From: Nemertoderma westbladi
Lineage: Eukaryota > Animalia > Xenacoelomorpha
Assembly (NCBI GenBank): GCA_032718475.1
Contig: JAUCBJ010000225.1
Location: forward strand, 10,952-74,951
Length of the DNA: 64,000 bases
Direction: 5' to 3'
The notes under the pieces were generated by a model. That model was not told the origin of the DNA and ran no database searches. It saw only the letters and a program-made list of their open reading frames with translations. This document shows positions 12,985-25,943 of the stretch, in pieces (the first letter of the stretch is position 1; each line of letters starts with the position of its first letter). The position numbers and the translations under genes are program-made.

Positions 12985-15900
12985 ATGACGGAGTTGATAG
13001 AAGATGATCTTGGTATTAGGGAGCGATATATCCTACCTTTACAAGCATTTGTGGATAGCTTAATACGCGGTGAAGCTGATCCAACCATTACGGAGGACGA
13101 TGGTCGTTATATCGAACCGCCGATGTCCCAAGAGCAACTTGCGCGTGAATTGGACTATCGAAAATTCACCACTCGCTATACGAATCGTAATGGTACGTAT
13201 ATGGACTTCTTAACGACCGGCCATCCTATCGATTTACATGATACGGACGATGTAGATACAGAGAGGGAAATGGTTCTATTTAAATATCATACCCAGCGGA
13301 GTCGTAACGATAAACCGAGAATAGATCACGAAAATTCTATTCGTAATCGACTGGAAAGAGAAAACGTTGAAGAACCGGATAAACGCATCGACTTCAACGA
13401 ATACCTAGAATTTTTGAGAGAAACCTATCTCAACATCGCTAGTCAGCAGAACTTAGAGACTCGATATCCTCAAGGTATACATCACGACCCTGTGGTAGAA
13501 CTCAAACGGCTCTATTTCACTATGATGTATCTTACCGCCGATCGTCCACTACCTGTTATCCCGGATAGTTTTGAACAAATGGAAGAATACTGCAAAACTG
13601 GAGAACGATCACCCGCGTTTCCTCTACAGGACGTACGTCTTTGATATTATTGTGACGAATGCCCTAGACCCAACCAACAAACTGAAAGACATAAACATCC
13701 GCGGAGACGTTGCGCTAAACATAGTTTTACGCGTTACACTTACGGGAGTTTCGAGCGAAACCTGTTCGACATACCACCCACGATCGCTCGTCTTAAACGA
13801 TCACTGAATAAACCCATGATCAGAGTTCCGGAATACTCGGTCAGGCCTCCTCATTCCCTAGTGAGACCTCAAACTCTTGATCCTAACAGTATCACTGATC
13901 CTCCCGAGCTATATTCCCTGTTCAAAGACTTAGTGTTACCCGAACAATTAATCGGTGGTACTCCGGTAGTGGGTTCGTTAGACATCTGCCCATCCTACTT
14001 AGCCAGATTGGGACGCGGGCAGCTAATATCGCCCTTTGATCCTTACAATCGTCCAGGATTAAACCCGATGCAACCTGCCACGGAAGTCGAGGAGAGCGTT
14101 ATAAGAAACGCTTTAGACGCCATTCGACAGAAAATCGGAAAGGGAACACAAGATTGTTTAGAGAAACGTAAATTACAACAACAAGTCCAATCGGTGAAGG
14201 AGTTAGCATTGCCACAATTCGATAGAGAAATCCATACCCTCGAGGAAGACATCGAGCTTGGACGCACGTATTCTCTACAAGAATTTTTAGATGAACGCTT
14301 ACAGAGACAAGCAGAAGAAATTCTACTCGAGGAGAAACACACGAAACTGGAAGAGAGAGAAGACGCCGCTTTAGCCCAACCGGAAGCTCAAATCCTCATG
14401 ACGGATCTCTACTCTAAAACCGTTCGTCATCCCTCGATGATTCCACATTTCGGGGACAAGCTCTTCGCGACGATACAACCTCAACCGGTTGATATCAGTA
14501 CAGGATCGCAAAATCTTATCGCTGACGCCCCTATGTTACAGCGTCCACCGATCGAGGCCGCTCGTGTTGACGGTATACTTGTTGAACCTCCGGACAATCG
14601 AGCGGATCTTGTCCGTCGCATGGTACACGATGTCAACATACGCGCTAGACCTTTACAGAACTCGTTTTATGGGATTAAAGACCACCCTTATTACGTTAAT
14701 CTGACTCAATATTATATGGTAAAACCAGAAGACCCGACGCATAATTTAAAGTTTCTACCACTAATAAATCCTCTAGACATTGTCGAACTCGAACAATTGC
14801 AGAAACATCTGGATCAGTTAGTAAAGGTAAACTCATTTAGAAAACCGTATAACATTTCTCGAATCGAGAAAGATATAGAACCTCCTTATAATCTCGATGG
14901 ATTTATTAAAACTCGATTAGTCCATTGGAATCTAGATGTATTATTTGAAGAAGAGAAAATACAAAGATATGGAAATGTGGAGACGTATACCACTCGGCAT
15001 ATGAAGTATAGTGATCTCCATGACGCTAACCAATGCGCCACCTTGTGGCATCCAGTAGGGATGACCCTAGAGAACGCCACCAAGGAGTGGAATGAAACTC
15101 TTAATGTTATTGAGATGTATGGAGTTGTCACCTACGATAATGAAGGTAGCGTTCCGGTCGGAGAGCTAGGAACTACGCGCATGATCCACATACGCGGATT
15201 AGCTGGTTCTACCCACGTGTTTACGCGAGCGTGTTCCGACGTGATTGATTATTCTTTTGAAACTCTCACCGAAACACAAAAGAATCTCCGACATGGACAA
15301 TTCGAACTCGCGCAGCGTTACGTCATTGACACCGAACGCAAACCGGCCATGGGCATCGATGGATCGATGTTACCCCAGCCCGTACTCGAAATGTTGTTCA
15401 ACGAAAGAATCCTTAAAATCGGCTCAGCTGTTTATGGAGATCTCCAAAACGACTTTCGGAATATGGAGGACATTCCATACCCTTTCGTTGATACTCAGCT
15501 GATTGCTCCCTGGGCAGAAGGTCGAGGTTTCTTCCGCACCATGTATGCTAATACGTCTAGCAACATTACAAAGGTGCAACGAACTTCCATCGGACATCTT
15601 GCCTTTCAGGAATACGGATGGAATTTCAAAGTCGGAAATCCCATTAACTATCAACAAGTATACGGAGACCATTATTCTCGATTATACTTTGATGGACCAT
15701 TGACCGCACCTGGCGCCATGTATAGCTTCATGAGTGTTCCACTCCGTCCCTCCTTAGCTATATACACGATCTTTGAAAACACCGCACTTGCCGGTTGGCT
15801 AGCCGATGTGTGCAGTCGTACTATACGCGCCCATCCATTAATACTTGGGACCAAACTCGCTAAGCTAGATGAACATAATAAATTCATCCGTTTCGAATGT

Positions 15901-16046
15901 TTCCGGCGATTTTTAACCCCGTTCCGCAACGTGGATAGCCAATTTAAAGACCGCGCTTTGACCAAGCTCAGCCTAAGAGACTCAGCTGCAGAGAAGTTGG
16001 ATAGCGCTGGATTCGCCATTTTCCAAGAGATTTGTATATCGAACTT
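12985..16046 (+). pseudogene. E1 extra ORF2, 5' part: large protein with a DnaQ-like (DEDDy; RNase D/WRN/EXD/Mut-7 type) 3'-5' exonuclease domain
   Basis: ORFs 12985..13644 and 13816.. are in the same frame with a single TGA (13642-13644) and no other stop between them. Exo motifs VVTYDNEG (D 15136, E 15142), LPQPVLEMLFNERILKIGSAVYGD (D 15439), FVDTQ, SIGHLA...GWNFK, PLRPSLAIYTIFE (Y 15763, E 15775). Confidence 0.75.
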
Positions 16047-17296
16047 TGTAAAAGCTTCTGTGGGATATAACTGGCCCCTTTGCTTCGCAATCCAGTTTCC
16101 CCCCAGGCGCTGGAATACTCTAAAAAGGTTCTCTAACTGTATATATATTCCCCTCGCCCGCAAGGTACCATTACAGGTGTTTTGACGGACATAAAAGTCA
16201 TTCTGCTATATACGTGTTTTGGCGGACATGGTAAGGCAAAAAACCTGCAATGCACCAACTACCTTTCACAGCTTAGCCGTGATGATTCATATTACGACAT
16301 CTAACAGCTGGTTGCTGACATGGAAACAGCCATTGGACGCATGGTTCTTTGTTTGGCTTGAGCCAATCAGAGCGATTTTTCCTGTCGACGTGTAGCTTTT
16401 CGGCCGATCATAAGGAGAGTGTTCAGTCTTACTGTTTTTACTTGATACTTTGTTGTTATTGCTGTCTAAGCCAGAAACACCGGCTCTAGAGTTAGTTCTT
16501 TTCATACTTTGGAAGAAACATTAGTAGGCTTAAGATTATAGAGCGTATAACTGTTATCGGTCCATATCAGTGCATATCACTGTACATATCGGTTCATATC
16601 ATATCTTAACCTACCGTCTTAATAGTTTGCTGTTGTTTGGTTGAATATTATTTGGAGAACATTTATAAAGAACCCAAATTTCCCAATTTTCTTGATACAC
16701 TACAGGTTAGAGAGGCGGGTTATATATATAGCGATTGCGACTTATATTATTGTGGTGTGTATTGAATTTAATGCTATTTGATAAGCCCTACATGAGTCCG
16801 TGGCTATTCTCTTTATATATGATAAAATTCATTGACGGTAGGCAAATTAGTGAGCAGTGTTGTGTGTTACCGGTAGTGTGCATGATTGTGGCTGATAACT
16901 AAGCATTTCCTAAAGAATGCACCTCATACGTGAATCATAAGCCTTACCGACTTACCGTTGTGATTAGTATAAGTCATATCTCTGTTTACTTAGATAGAGC
17001 GCCACGTCCTAAAGGAACTGTTAATATTTCCCGAAAGTGAATAATATTAGTCAGAAATTATTTATTAACGATCAATCGAATAATACAGTAGGCTTCACTG
17101 CAATAATAATCTAAGACCTCAGAATCCAGTCTCCCGGGAATATCCAGCGGGTGAATGGACGCGCACTAGGCTGGCTTCTGCTAATGTTGTGTTTATTGGT
17201 ATTAAATATTTGTCATCTTCTAAAGTATATTGATAAACCAAAAGACATATAAATTTTGGCAGGTTAAACTGCTAAAGGTCTTCAAAAGCGCGTACA
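16047..17296 (+). repeat. E2 5' LTR (1250 bp)
   Basis: TGTAAAAGC...GCGCGTACA; ~4 differences from 26916-28165. Confidence 0.97.
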
Positions 17297-19561
17297 ATAA
17301 CAGTTATTGACTTTATTGCAGTAAGCAATAAAGTTGAAAGTACCGATCGACCGGTAAACCTGAACCGGTACTTCTGTAGGTCAGTAGGCCCAACTGCCAG
17401 AACCGGTACTGCTGTAGGTCCGTAGGTCCAACTGCCAGAACCGGCACTTCTGTAGGTCAGTAGGCCCAACTGTCCTAACCGGTACTTCCAGTATAAGTAC
17501 ATTAGTATTATTCGATTTTGATTATAGTATACCGGTAGGTCTTAGTATTTAATCAGGGAACGGCCGCCCTGGTTTTTACTGAGATTTTACTTATTTCTGT
17601 CGGTTTTATTTCCTAGTAAGTAAATATTGAGCTGGAGACGTGTAAGTCTGCTCAGATTGTTCAGATAACTGTAGGCCAGACTGTTGTCGGATTGTTGTTG
17701 GGTTTGGAGAGATTACGGCGTGTGTGGAGTTTGTCCGATAGAGTGCCAGTTAGTAAGTTGGGGCAACTTGAGTGTAAGGTCAACCCCCTCTTAAAGAATA
17801 AGTCGTACTACCGTGTTAGAACGCATACTAACTAACAATTTTGGAATCTGCACATACTGTAGTTTATTTAGGCTTGACAGTATTCTGCCAGCGTTTTGGC
17901 TTGTGTTTGTTTGTGTGGTCTGTCCAGGTACCGTAATAGTTATTACTCAGATATTTTGTAGGCTGGATTGTTGTCTAGCTATTATTAGGTCTGAAGAGAT
18001 TACTGCGTGTGTAGAGTTTGTCTGATAAAGTGCCAGTTAGTAAGTTGGGGCAGTCATAACTGTAAGGTCAATCCCCTCTTAAAGAATAAGTCGTACTACC
18101 GTGTTAGAACGCATACTAACTAACCGTTTTGGAATCTGCACATACAGTGGTTTATTTAGGCTTGGTGGTAGTCTGCCAGCGTTTGGTTTGTATTTTGTTT
18201 GAGTATTCTGTACGGGTAGCGTAATATTTATTATTCAGAGTTTATGCGATTATTCGCAACATTCATGTCCCCAAGTTTATTCCTACAGTAATTGTGTTTG
18301 TTATACATACCGTTATAGTTAAATTAACCCCGGTACTACACGGGCTGCTTGGCGTAGGTAAAGACTGGTGACTTTGTGCTTCGGTCACTCCAGCAGATGC
18401 CGTGGTTCTTTTAACTGTTCAAGTATATTTAACTGCTGATTATTTGTTATACCAGTACTTGTACCTAATTTAGGGTTTAGTGTACAGTGCTTTCCGAAGT
18501 AATTAGTGTGTAGGCAGTATATTTGTGTTGTAAAGTGGTTAATAGGCACGCTGGATCTGGTAGTCCGCGGTAATTAACTTCTAGGTAGGAACAATCCGTG
18601 ATACATAACATAGTACCTATAGCGATACGGTTATAGGTCGTCAGGCGGTGGTATTTTCCTATCTGGACAACGCAGTGTATTTACTACTACTTATTATTTT
18701 CAAATACCGTAGTACCCTGTCCGTTGTAATAACCAGGATTCTAACCCTTTGTTAGGCTGGTTTGTAGACTTCCTGTAAAATTACCCTAAAAATTTCGTAC
18801 GTAATATTTTTGTTGTGTTTAATTAGAGATTTAATCTCACCCGTATCGTAAGTAATTTGTAGTATTAAGTAACTTAGGTAAATTAGAATTATCTGTTTTA
18901 GTGTCCAATAAATAGCACTTCACTGAGAGCGCACAGCTTCTGTGTAGTGACTCCCCCAGAAATAATAACATTTATTTCAAATATTGACAAAAACCCTTTT
19001 TAAACGGGTATATATATATTATAAATCAACTCAAACGATTTATAAATAGTAGGCCTGTCATACAACAACTAGGTCTCCATATCAGTTGGACTACTGCTTA
19101 AATAACGGTAATAAAGTAAGTTAAAGTAACCAAGTAACCCTAAAATATTCAGAAATTCAATTATTCTAAAATAATTGACATACCGGTATTTACCATAGGC
19201 TTATTAGATTTATTTCTATAAATTTGAGCTGAAATCATACCGGTACTCTGTAATTAATTCTAGTCCAAAATTATACTGATATACTATAAGTGTAAGCTGC
19301 ATACCGGTATTCACGATAGGCCTATTATATATTTATATATATTTGTGCTAAAATTATATACCGGTACTCTGTGACAAATCTAGTCTGTAATAATACTTAT
19401 ATATATATTATAAGCATACCGGTATTCTAATATATTATATATATATCACGCTACACTGAGTAGCAGTATCGGTAATTAATTATTAGGCTAACAGTGATAC
19501 TGAATTACTAGACTTGCTTTAACTGTAATATAGCAGTAGACATTCAACTGTACAATCAAAC

Positions 19562-22500
19562 ATGGCTGACACAAGGCAAACTCTGTCAGATAGTCTCCTA
19601 GAAACAACAGCCTGTTTCTCAGATCAAAGTGTAGAGAATCCCAGACCGAGGTCTGAAACCCCTCATACTGTAAGAAGGGCAACCCCTGCAGTGGTTGTGT
19701 CAGAACCTAGGTTGGTAGAAAAGTTTTCGCAATTTGCGAAGTTAGTGAAGCGCCGTTGGTCTGTCATAGGCACTCGGGCCCAAGTCAAGCGGGATCAAGA
19801 AGAAGCTATAAAACAGCAGCAACCTCCTAGCCAAGAACCTGGTTCTCAGCGGCCCGATAGCTCCAGTAGTTCGGATACTGTTGAGCGGACGCCAGAACGC
19901 GGAGCGAAGATGGCGGATACGGTTTATGATGAGCGGCCAACCTATGAAGAATCAACCGACGCCACTTCTTCTCAAGTGGAAAGTGAGGTGGAAAGCGAAG
20001 TGGAAAGTGAGGTGGAAAGCGAAGTGGAAAGTGAGGTGGAAAGCGAAGTGGAAAGCGAGGTGGAAAGCGAAGTGGAAAGCGAATTAACAGCAGCAGAGAA
20101 GCCGCGAACTAGAGACGCCATTGACATCTATCTGTCAGACTATCAGCGATTCATAGGAGACGAAGAGTTGAGGAGACGACTGTCTGGACTTCGCCCTAAT
20201 AGTGAAGGAACCAAGCTTGTGTTGGACGCAATCGATGCGGAAATGTTAGCTGCAAACCAAGCTGAATTTGATGAAAAACTCCGCCTCGTTAGAGTCCAAG
20301 AAGAACAAGTAAAGAAAAAACTGATAGAGGACCGAAAGGCAGCAGCAGTAGCAGCGGCTACGGCAGAAGCCGAAGCAGAAATACAAAGAAAGGCAGCGGC
20401 GGCAGAAGCAAAGGCGGCCATGGCAGAAGCAGAAGCAAGGGCGAAAAAGGCAGTAGCAGAAGCAGAACGAAGAGCGTCTGAGCAGACTACCCAACTGGAG
20501 TTGGAGAAGCTGCAAGAGACGCAAGACAACATAAATAAACAGTTAACTGCTAGTCACATGCAAATGATGAGAAAATCTACTCCCAAACGCCAGGGCTATA
20601 CTTCATCGGAGGAAAGCGAAACCACCGATCCTGAAGGCGGAGGAAATAGATCTCGTCTAAGCAGGCATAGAAAAACATCTTACCGTCACAAATTGCCTGA
20701 TTTGCCCCCAGCTGTTAAAAGACAACTAACTAGCACAGACTTAGGTAGTGCAGAACCCATAGAACAATTTATCCAGGTCAAAAGACTCCCTACTATAGTC
20801 GATGAACCTGAAATAATTAGGCCTGTCGTTCCCAAAGTCACTCCTGTGCTAGAGACCCCTGCACTTCCAGAGCTTAACTCTAAATTCCCTTTACATAGTA
20901 CTACACTGCCTGTACCCGGTGGAACAGTCCATGCAAATACCCCTGTCCTGAGCATTGAGAGAGGAATCAAAGATTTGTCTCCCGTCGTCCCGCGTCAACC
21001 CGCTACAATGTTGGCGACTCCCGCTTCGGCGGTTGAGTGGGTAGAAGAGGGACGGCGGGGGATGAATCTCCTGCTAGGACAGATGCAGGAGACTGTCCAC
21101 CAACTTAAGGGAACAGTGAGGGAAGGTAGAGCAGAGTTGCAAGAAGTGCAGCAAAGTATCGCACTAGAACGCGACAAATTAGTCAATATCCAAAAGGGCA
21201 TACCAATACCCCCTGTAACATTGTGTCAACCTGCTAGGTCTGAAGTATTACATGCGCAAGGTGTGGAGCCTACACGCATCTATACTGCTAGTGAAGTAGA
21301 AACTCCTATAGCAAACCCTATTAAGGGTGATTATAGACCTGTTATTAATGATATTCCCTATAGACCTGATAATGATCCGAGAAATTTATATACCGATAAT
21401 TCGATATTAAATAACACGATGGCCCAAGAAAGCTTTACGCGTCAGATGGCTAGAACAGAAGCCCGCCAAGCGGTCAAAGTGGGAGAGATCGTCAAATTCA
21501 ATGGAGATGAGATGAAATGGTTACCTTTCAACGAATATTACAAAGATAGCATACAGAACTCTGTACTATCTAACGGAGAGAAACTTAGATTCCTCATCAA
21601 GTGCTTGGAAGGACCTCCCAAGTTAATGGCGTTAAAGTTTATTGGACATCCAGATGGATTAAGACAAGTTTGGGATACATTAAACATCAGGTATGGTAAC
21701 AAGGATAACATAGCTAAGTATTTGTATGCAAAATTAGTAGCCCCCCGACACTTCCTTAGTAGCGGGATTATAGAGTTTTCCGATGAAATTCAAGAGATCT
21801 GTAGACAATTGGACTGGTTAGGTAAGTCTCATGAATATCAGAGTTCCATGGTTATTGCAGCAGTAGTATCTACTTTACCTAAGGGTGGAGTATGTACACG
21901 CTGGGACAAGAAAGTGTTGTACATGAATGAACAACAACGACGAAGCCCTACCATGACTGATCTCATGTCCTTCTTAGATAGCGAAGTAAAATTACAACTT
22001 ATAAAGCAGTCCAGAGAGAAAACATCGGAAAATAAGGTAAGTGAGAAACCCGTTTCTAGGAGAAGGATAATACCAGTGTGTTATACTGACGACGGCGAAA
22101 GCCAAGCTTCTCAAGAAGAGGACAGCGGGAAAGACACAGCAAAATCTTACTATGACAACAAGACCTATAAAGACGTAAGTAAATACAAGTCTCGAACCAG
22201 TGACAGGAGAGAACAGATAACAATAACTCCTCCTACGTCTCCTAAGAGAATTCACGGAAGAAAGCCCGAAGAAAGAACGAGGGTGCATAATGTTACCCAA
22301 GGTAAGGTGAGTAACATCAAAACAAAATGTGCGCTGTGCGACGGGCCCCACCGTTTGAGTGCGTGTGCTGAATTTCTAAAGAAATCCCTTGTAGACAGAC
22401 GTACAGTCCTGTGGAATAAGCGGTTATGCTATAATTGCCTCAGATCAGGACACCAACGGCGAACCTGTTACTCCGACGTAAAGTGTGCAAAGTGTGGCGC

Positions 22501-23761
22501 GAAACATCACATCTTGTTACACAGTGAGTTCGAACGAAACAACCAGAGTCAGGTAAGTGAGCCCGAACTACATGTCCAATTCAGTGATGTAAATGACACT
22601 GATCAAGAATCTGAGATGGAAGGATTCTATACTGACGAATTCTCCGACGTCAACGAATCCTGTTACCTAATCAATACCGCGGTGTATCGAGCACTTACGC
22701 ATGAAAAGGACACCGACAATGAGTTCCCCCCAACTACCTTTGACAGACAACCATCTTGGAAACCTCCAACTTCCAACGTAGGAATCAGAGAATTTCCTGT
22801 AGTGCAGGTAAGAGTTCACGGTCCCAACAAAAGTTACATAGTGAACGCCCTCCTTGACTCCGGCAGCACAGGAACATTCATCGATCAAGAACTAGCCGAA
22901 GATATCTTTGCTGGACAACCCAAATTCCAAACTAAGTTGAATATGTCCGGAATTATACAGGTTTGGAAATCTACCATAACGGCAGATTACTATGTAGGTG
23001 CGTTGTCCACCCCCCAGGATAAATTAGGAGCACAAAGTATAAGGTCAGTAAAAATGGTGGCTATAAAGAACTTCGCTACTACCCAAGCAGACCTTTATAA
23101 TTGGGACGAGGATGAGAGCATCCAACATCTTAAGATACCTCGATTCCAGACAGATTATCCTGGAGTGCAAATACTCATCGGCCAAAACGCGCATGAGGCG
23201 CTCGAGACATTGGAGAAACGACCTGCTCAACCGCAGCCACTACAAACCTATGCGGTAAGAACTAGAGTAGGTTGGTACTTCACTGGCCCTTCCCGTAGAA
23301 CTCTCAAAGAGAGACTACCTCAACAACAGGTATACCAAGTAAAGGAATGGGAAGTGGAGAGCAGTGATGTGGACGATCCAACTGAGGGAACACCATACTC
23401 CTCAGCTAATGACGATATTAACTCCAATGTAGATCAATGGAGACATTGCCTTGGGACGATTAATCCAGCCGACATCGCTTCCAGAGGAGCAACTCCTCAA
23501 GAACTAATAGATACTCCAGGCTGGTTAGGTGGATCCGACTTCTTAAGTAAAGAAGAAGAAGAATGGCCTCCTCATCTTACCACGGCGGAGTTTAGACAGG
23601 CCAAGGGAGCGGAGAAAGTAACACAACAACTCAATCGCCCAGCTAGTCGTTTATGTTTACTGGAAAGAGACCGAAAACTGTCCGGAAACTATGGAAGGCA
23701 AGATACTCTTCCTACGACCACTTCCCTAATCCGACAAATATCTAGGGACTCCATAACGTAA
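19562..23761 (+). CDS. gag: E2 Gag-protease ORF (1399 aa) fused in frame to short RNase H and integrase C-terminal remnants
   Basis: Uninterrupted ORF. After LLDSGST it jumps from ...ANDDINSN to VDQWRHCLGTINPADIASRG, then from QAKGAEKVT to QQLNRPASRLCLLE. Confidence 0.92.
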   Translation: MADTRQTLSDSLLETTACFSDQSVENPRPRSETPHTVRRATPAVVVSEPRLVEKFSQFAKLVKRRWSVIGTRAQVKRDQEEAIKQQQPPSQEPGSQRPDSSSSSDTVERTPERGAKMADTVYDERPTYEESTDATSSQVESEVESEVESEVESEVESEVESEVESEVESEVESELTAAEKPRTRDAIDIYLSDYQRFIGDEELRRRLSGLRPNSEGTKLVLDAIDAEMLAANQAEFDEKLRLVRVQEEQVKKKLIEDRKAAAVAAATAEAEAEIQRKAAAAEAKAAMAEAEARAKKAVAEAERRASEQTTQLELEKLQETQDNINKQLTASHMQMMRKSTPKRQGYTSSEESETTDPEGGGNRSRLSRHRKTSYRHKLPDLPPAVKRQLTSTDLGSAEPIEQFIQVKRLPTIVDEPEIIRPVVPKVTPVLETPALPELNSKFPLHSTTLPVPGGTVHANTPVLSIERGIKDLSPVVPRQPATMLATPASAVEWVEEGRRGMNLLLGQMQETVHQLKGTVREGRAELQEVQQSIALERDKLVNIQKGIPIPPVTLCQPARSEVLHAQGVEPTRIYTASEVETPIANPIKGDYRPVINDIPYRPDNDPRNLYTDNSILNNTMAQESFTRQMARTEARQAVKVGEIVKFNGDEMKWLPFNEYYKDSIQNSVLSNGEKLRFLIKCLEGPPKLMALKFIGHPDGLRQVWDTLNIRYGNKDNIAKYLYAKLVAPRHFLSSGIIEFSDEIQEICRQLDWLGKSHEYQSSMVIAAVVSTLPKGGVCTRWDKKVLYMNEQQRRSPTMTDLMSFLDSEVKLQLIKQSREKTSENKVSEKPVSRRRIIPVCYTDDGESQASQEEDSGKDTAKSYYDNKTYKDVSKYKSRTSDRREQITITPPTSPKRIHGRKPEERTRVHNVTQGKVSNIKTKCALCDGPHRLSACAEFLKKSLVDRRTVLWNKRLCYNCLRSGHQRRTCYSDVKCAKCGAKHHILLHSEFERNNQSQVSEPELHVQFSDVNDTDQESEMEGFYTDEFSDVNESCYLINTAVYRALTHEKDTDNEFPPTTFDRQPSWKPPTSNVGIREFPVVQVRVHGPNKSYIVNALLDSGSTGTFIDQELAEDIFAGQPKFQTKLNMSGIIQVWKSTITADYYVGALSTPQDKLGAQSIRSVKMVAIKNFATTQADLYNWDEDESIQHLKIPRFQTDYPGVQILIGQNAHEALETLEKRPAQPQPLQTYAVRTRVGWYFTGPSRRTLKERLPQQQVYQVKEWEVESSDVDDPTEGTPYSSANDDINSNVDQWRHCLGTINPADIASRGATPQELIDTPGWLGGSDFLSKEEEEWPPHLTTAEFRQAKGAEKVTQQLNRPASRLCLLERDRKLSGNYGRQDTLPTTTSLIRQISRDSIT
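19976..20083 (+). repeat. 12-bp coding tandem repeat, (VESE)x9, in E2 Gag
   Basis: GTGGAAAG(T/C)GA(G/A) repeated nine times; a single VEGE at the equivalent position in E1. Confidence 0.9.
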
Positions 23762-25388
23762 TACATATGGAGTGGGCGTGTGACTATATCATTTTATATT
23801 TGTTTTATTTTATATTTATGTATGTATTATTATGTAATTTTATTATAATCGTTTTCTTTAATTTTATTTAGTAGAATGTTCTTTTAGTGATTATTTAGTA
23901 GATTAGTGCAATATATTAGTGTTTATTACGTACGTAATTACTTATAATATATATTTAGTGCGATGGCGAGAAATAATTATTTTTTCTCTTTCCTTACTGT
24001 CCGTATCATATTATAAATACGTGACTACAGTAAGATGAAATGTCCGTACTTATTAAAGTACAATAAAGCCACTGCTATATTCAAGTATTATTGGTAGGCA
24101 GAGTATTAGGAATGCAAAGTTCAGATCCTCGTGTCTCGGCTAAACCAAGCTCTGGGTAGACCTTGGAAACGACTTGCCTCTTCACACTGACATTGCTTCG
24201 TGCGATATTGCTCTCATACCATATATAATAATACATATAGTAGCGTGATGTCCCTCTAACAGTAGCGTAAAACGCAAATAAATCTGTTAAACCTTTTGAC
24301 CATCTGTAATTCTAGTCGATTAAGATATCGCGGCACCCACCGATATACTTGAAAGACAAATTCTAGAATCAGTGGTTAACGTCCCCAGACAAGTTCTGGA
24401 ATAAATCGGTGCCCATCTTAAATATTAATTTAATATTTATTAAAATCTGTAAAATTCAGATCCGTTAACAATTCTAGTCGATTAAGATATCGTAGCACTT
24501 ACCGATACTCTTAAAAGACAAATTTCATAGAATTAAGGATCCTATGTCCCCAGACCTGCTCTGGAATCAAATTGTGTCAATTTTAACATCAAATAATAAA
24601 ATTCATGGGAATAAATTTAAATTCATATTTTAAATGAATTTCATAAATTGTCGTTTTATGCAATTTATAACATCCCCAAAATTCCATTAATTAATAGATC
24701 ATGGGAGCGGAGATTCATCCTATTGAGTGCATTAGAGTGCGAGAATCTCCAACATATAGTCAATAGCCGATAAAATTAATAAAATCATATATAAAGAGGA
24801 TATTGACAATTAAAGAATTATTATTAAATAGCATCCCAGATCTGTATGCATGAGAATTACTCTAATTCTACCGCTAGCTTTCCATAATGTCACCATAGCA
24901 ACACCCACGCTAGAATTAGAAGCAAGTTAAGAGAACAATAGAAAGCTTGTCACATTGCATAGCATAGAGAATACATAGCACACTGTTAGTATCCAAGGAT
25001 ACACAGTAATAACGTGACATTCTGGAAGGCACTGACTAACGGACAAATGGCCTGTATGTGTACAATTGGTGACAGTTGTGTGGAATTTGTGCGTTTATAG
25101 GTGAATGTTACTGCTAAGGTGTGTTTACAGTAGCTAGTCGCAATTGTGAAAGTAGCCCAACTCTCCTATAGAAAGAACCTAAAGTGGATTCAAGCCTTTG
25201 GGACGGACAGTGGAGTGACTTGTGTCGGTTATCGTTGTCGTACTGTTGCTACATGTTGGCGTAAACACCGCGACAACGGTACATCGGCGCTGAGGATCCC
25301 ACTGTCCGTGGGCAAAGAGAGGTAGGCAGCGACGTCCGCTCGCCTAAACATAAACTCATTTCGATATTAACAAACTCAGATAGCAGAT

Positions 25389-25787
25389 ATGACGGAGTTG
25401 ATAGAAGATGATCTTGGTATCAGGGAGCGATATACTCTACCTTTACAAGCATTTGTGAATAGCTTGATACGCGGTGAAACCGATCCAACCATTACGGAGG
25501 ACGATGGTCGTTATATCGAACCGCCGACGTCCCAAGAGCAACTTACGCGTGAATTGGACTATCGAAAATTCACCGCTCGCTATACGCATTGTAATAATAC
25601 GTATATGGACCTCCTAACTACTGGCCATCCTATCGATTTACATGATACGGACGATGTAGACACCAAAAGGGAAATGGTTCTATTTAAATATCATACCCAG
25701 CGGCGTCGTAACGATAAACCGAGAATAGATCACGAAAATTCTATTCGTAACAGACTGGGAAGACGAACCAATATGCCTAGAATCTGA
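25389..25787 (+). CDS. E2 internally deleted ORF2 (N-terminal 123 aa plus the last 9 aa)
   Basis: Matches E1 12985-13353, then jumps to E1 ~28277 (GRRTNMxRI*). Confidence 0.75.
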   Translation: MTELIEDDLGIRERYTLPLQAFVNSLIRGETDPTITEDDGRYIEPPTSQEQLTRELDYRKFTARYTHCNNTYMDLLTTGHPIDLHDTDDVDTKREMVLFKYHTQRRRNDKPRIDHENSIRNRLGRRTNMPRI

Positions 25788-25943
25788 GGAGATTCAGCCT
25801 ATCGCGCTCGGAACAGCGACAACGATTACATCCTAGAATGGTATCAAGGTCCACAGTGTCTCACTGCGTACGATTATCGCCATGCCAACTATGTTTCTCG
25901 GCAACGTTGTCGGTTATGCGCATCGAGAGACCATGTTACGCCC

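Noticed and set aside
16047-16185. C-terminal ~45 aa of the listed 789-aa ORF 13816..16185
   Set aside because: This is read-through into the E2 LTR; the true continuation is at 28171.
16287-16505. 72-aa antisense ORF in the LTR and other recurring short leader ORFs
   Set aside because: They recur only because the DNA is repeated, and start and stop are not preserved among E1, E2 and E3.
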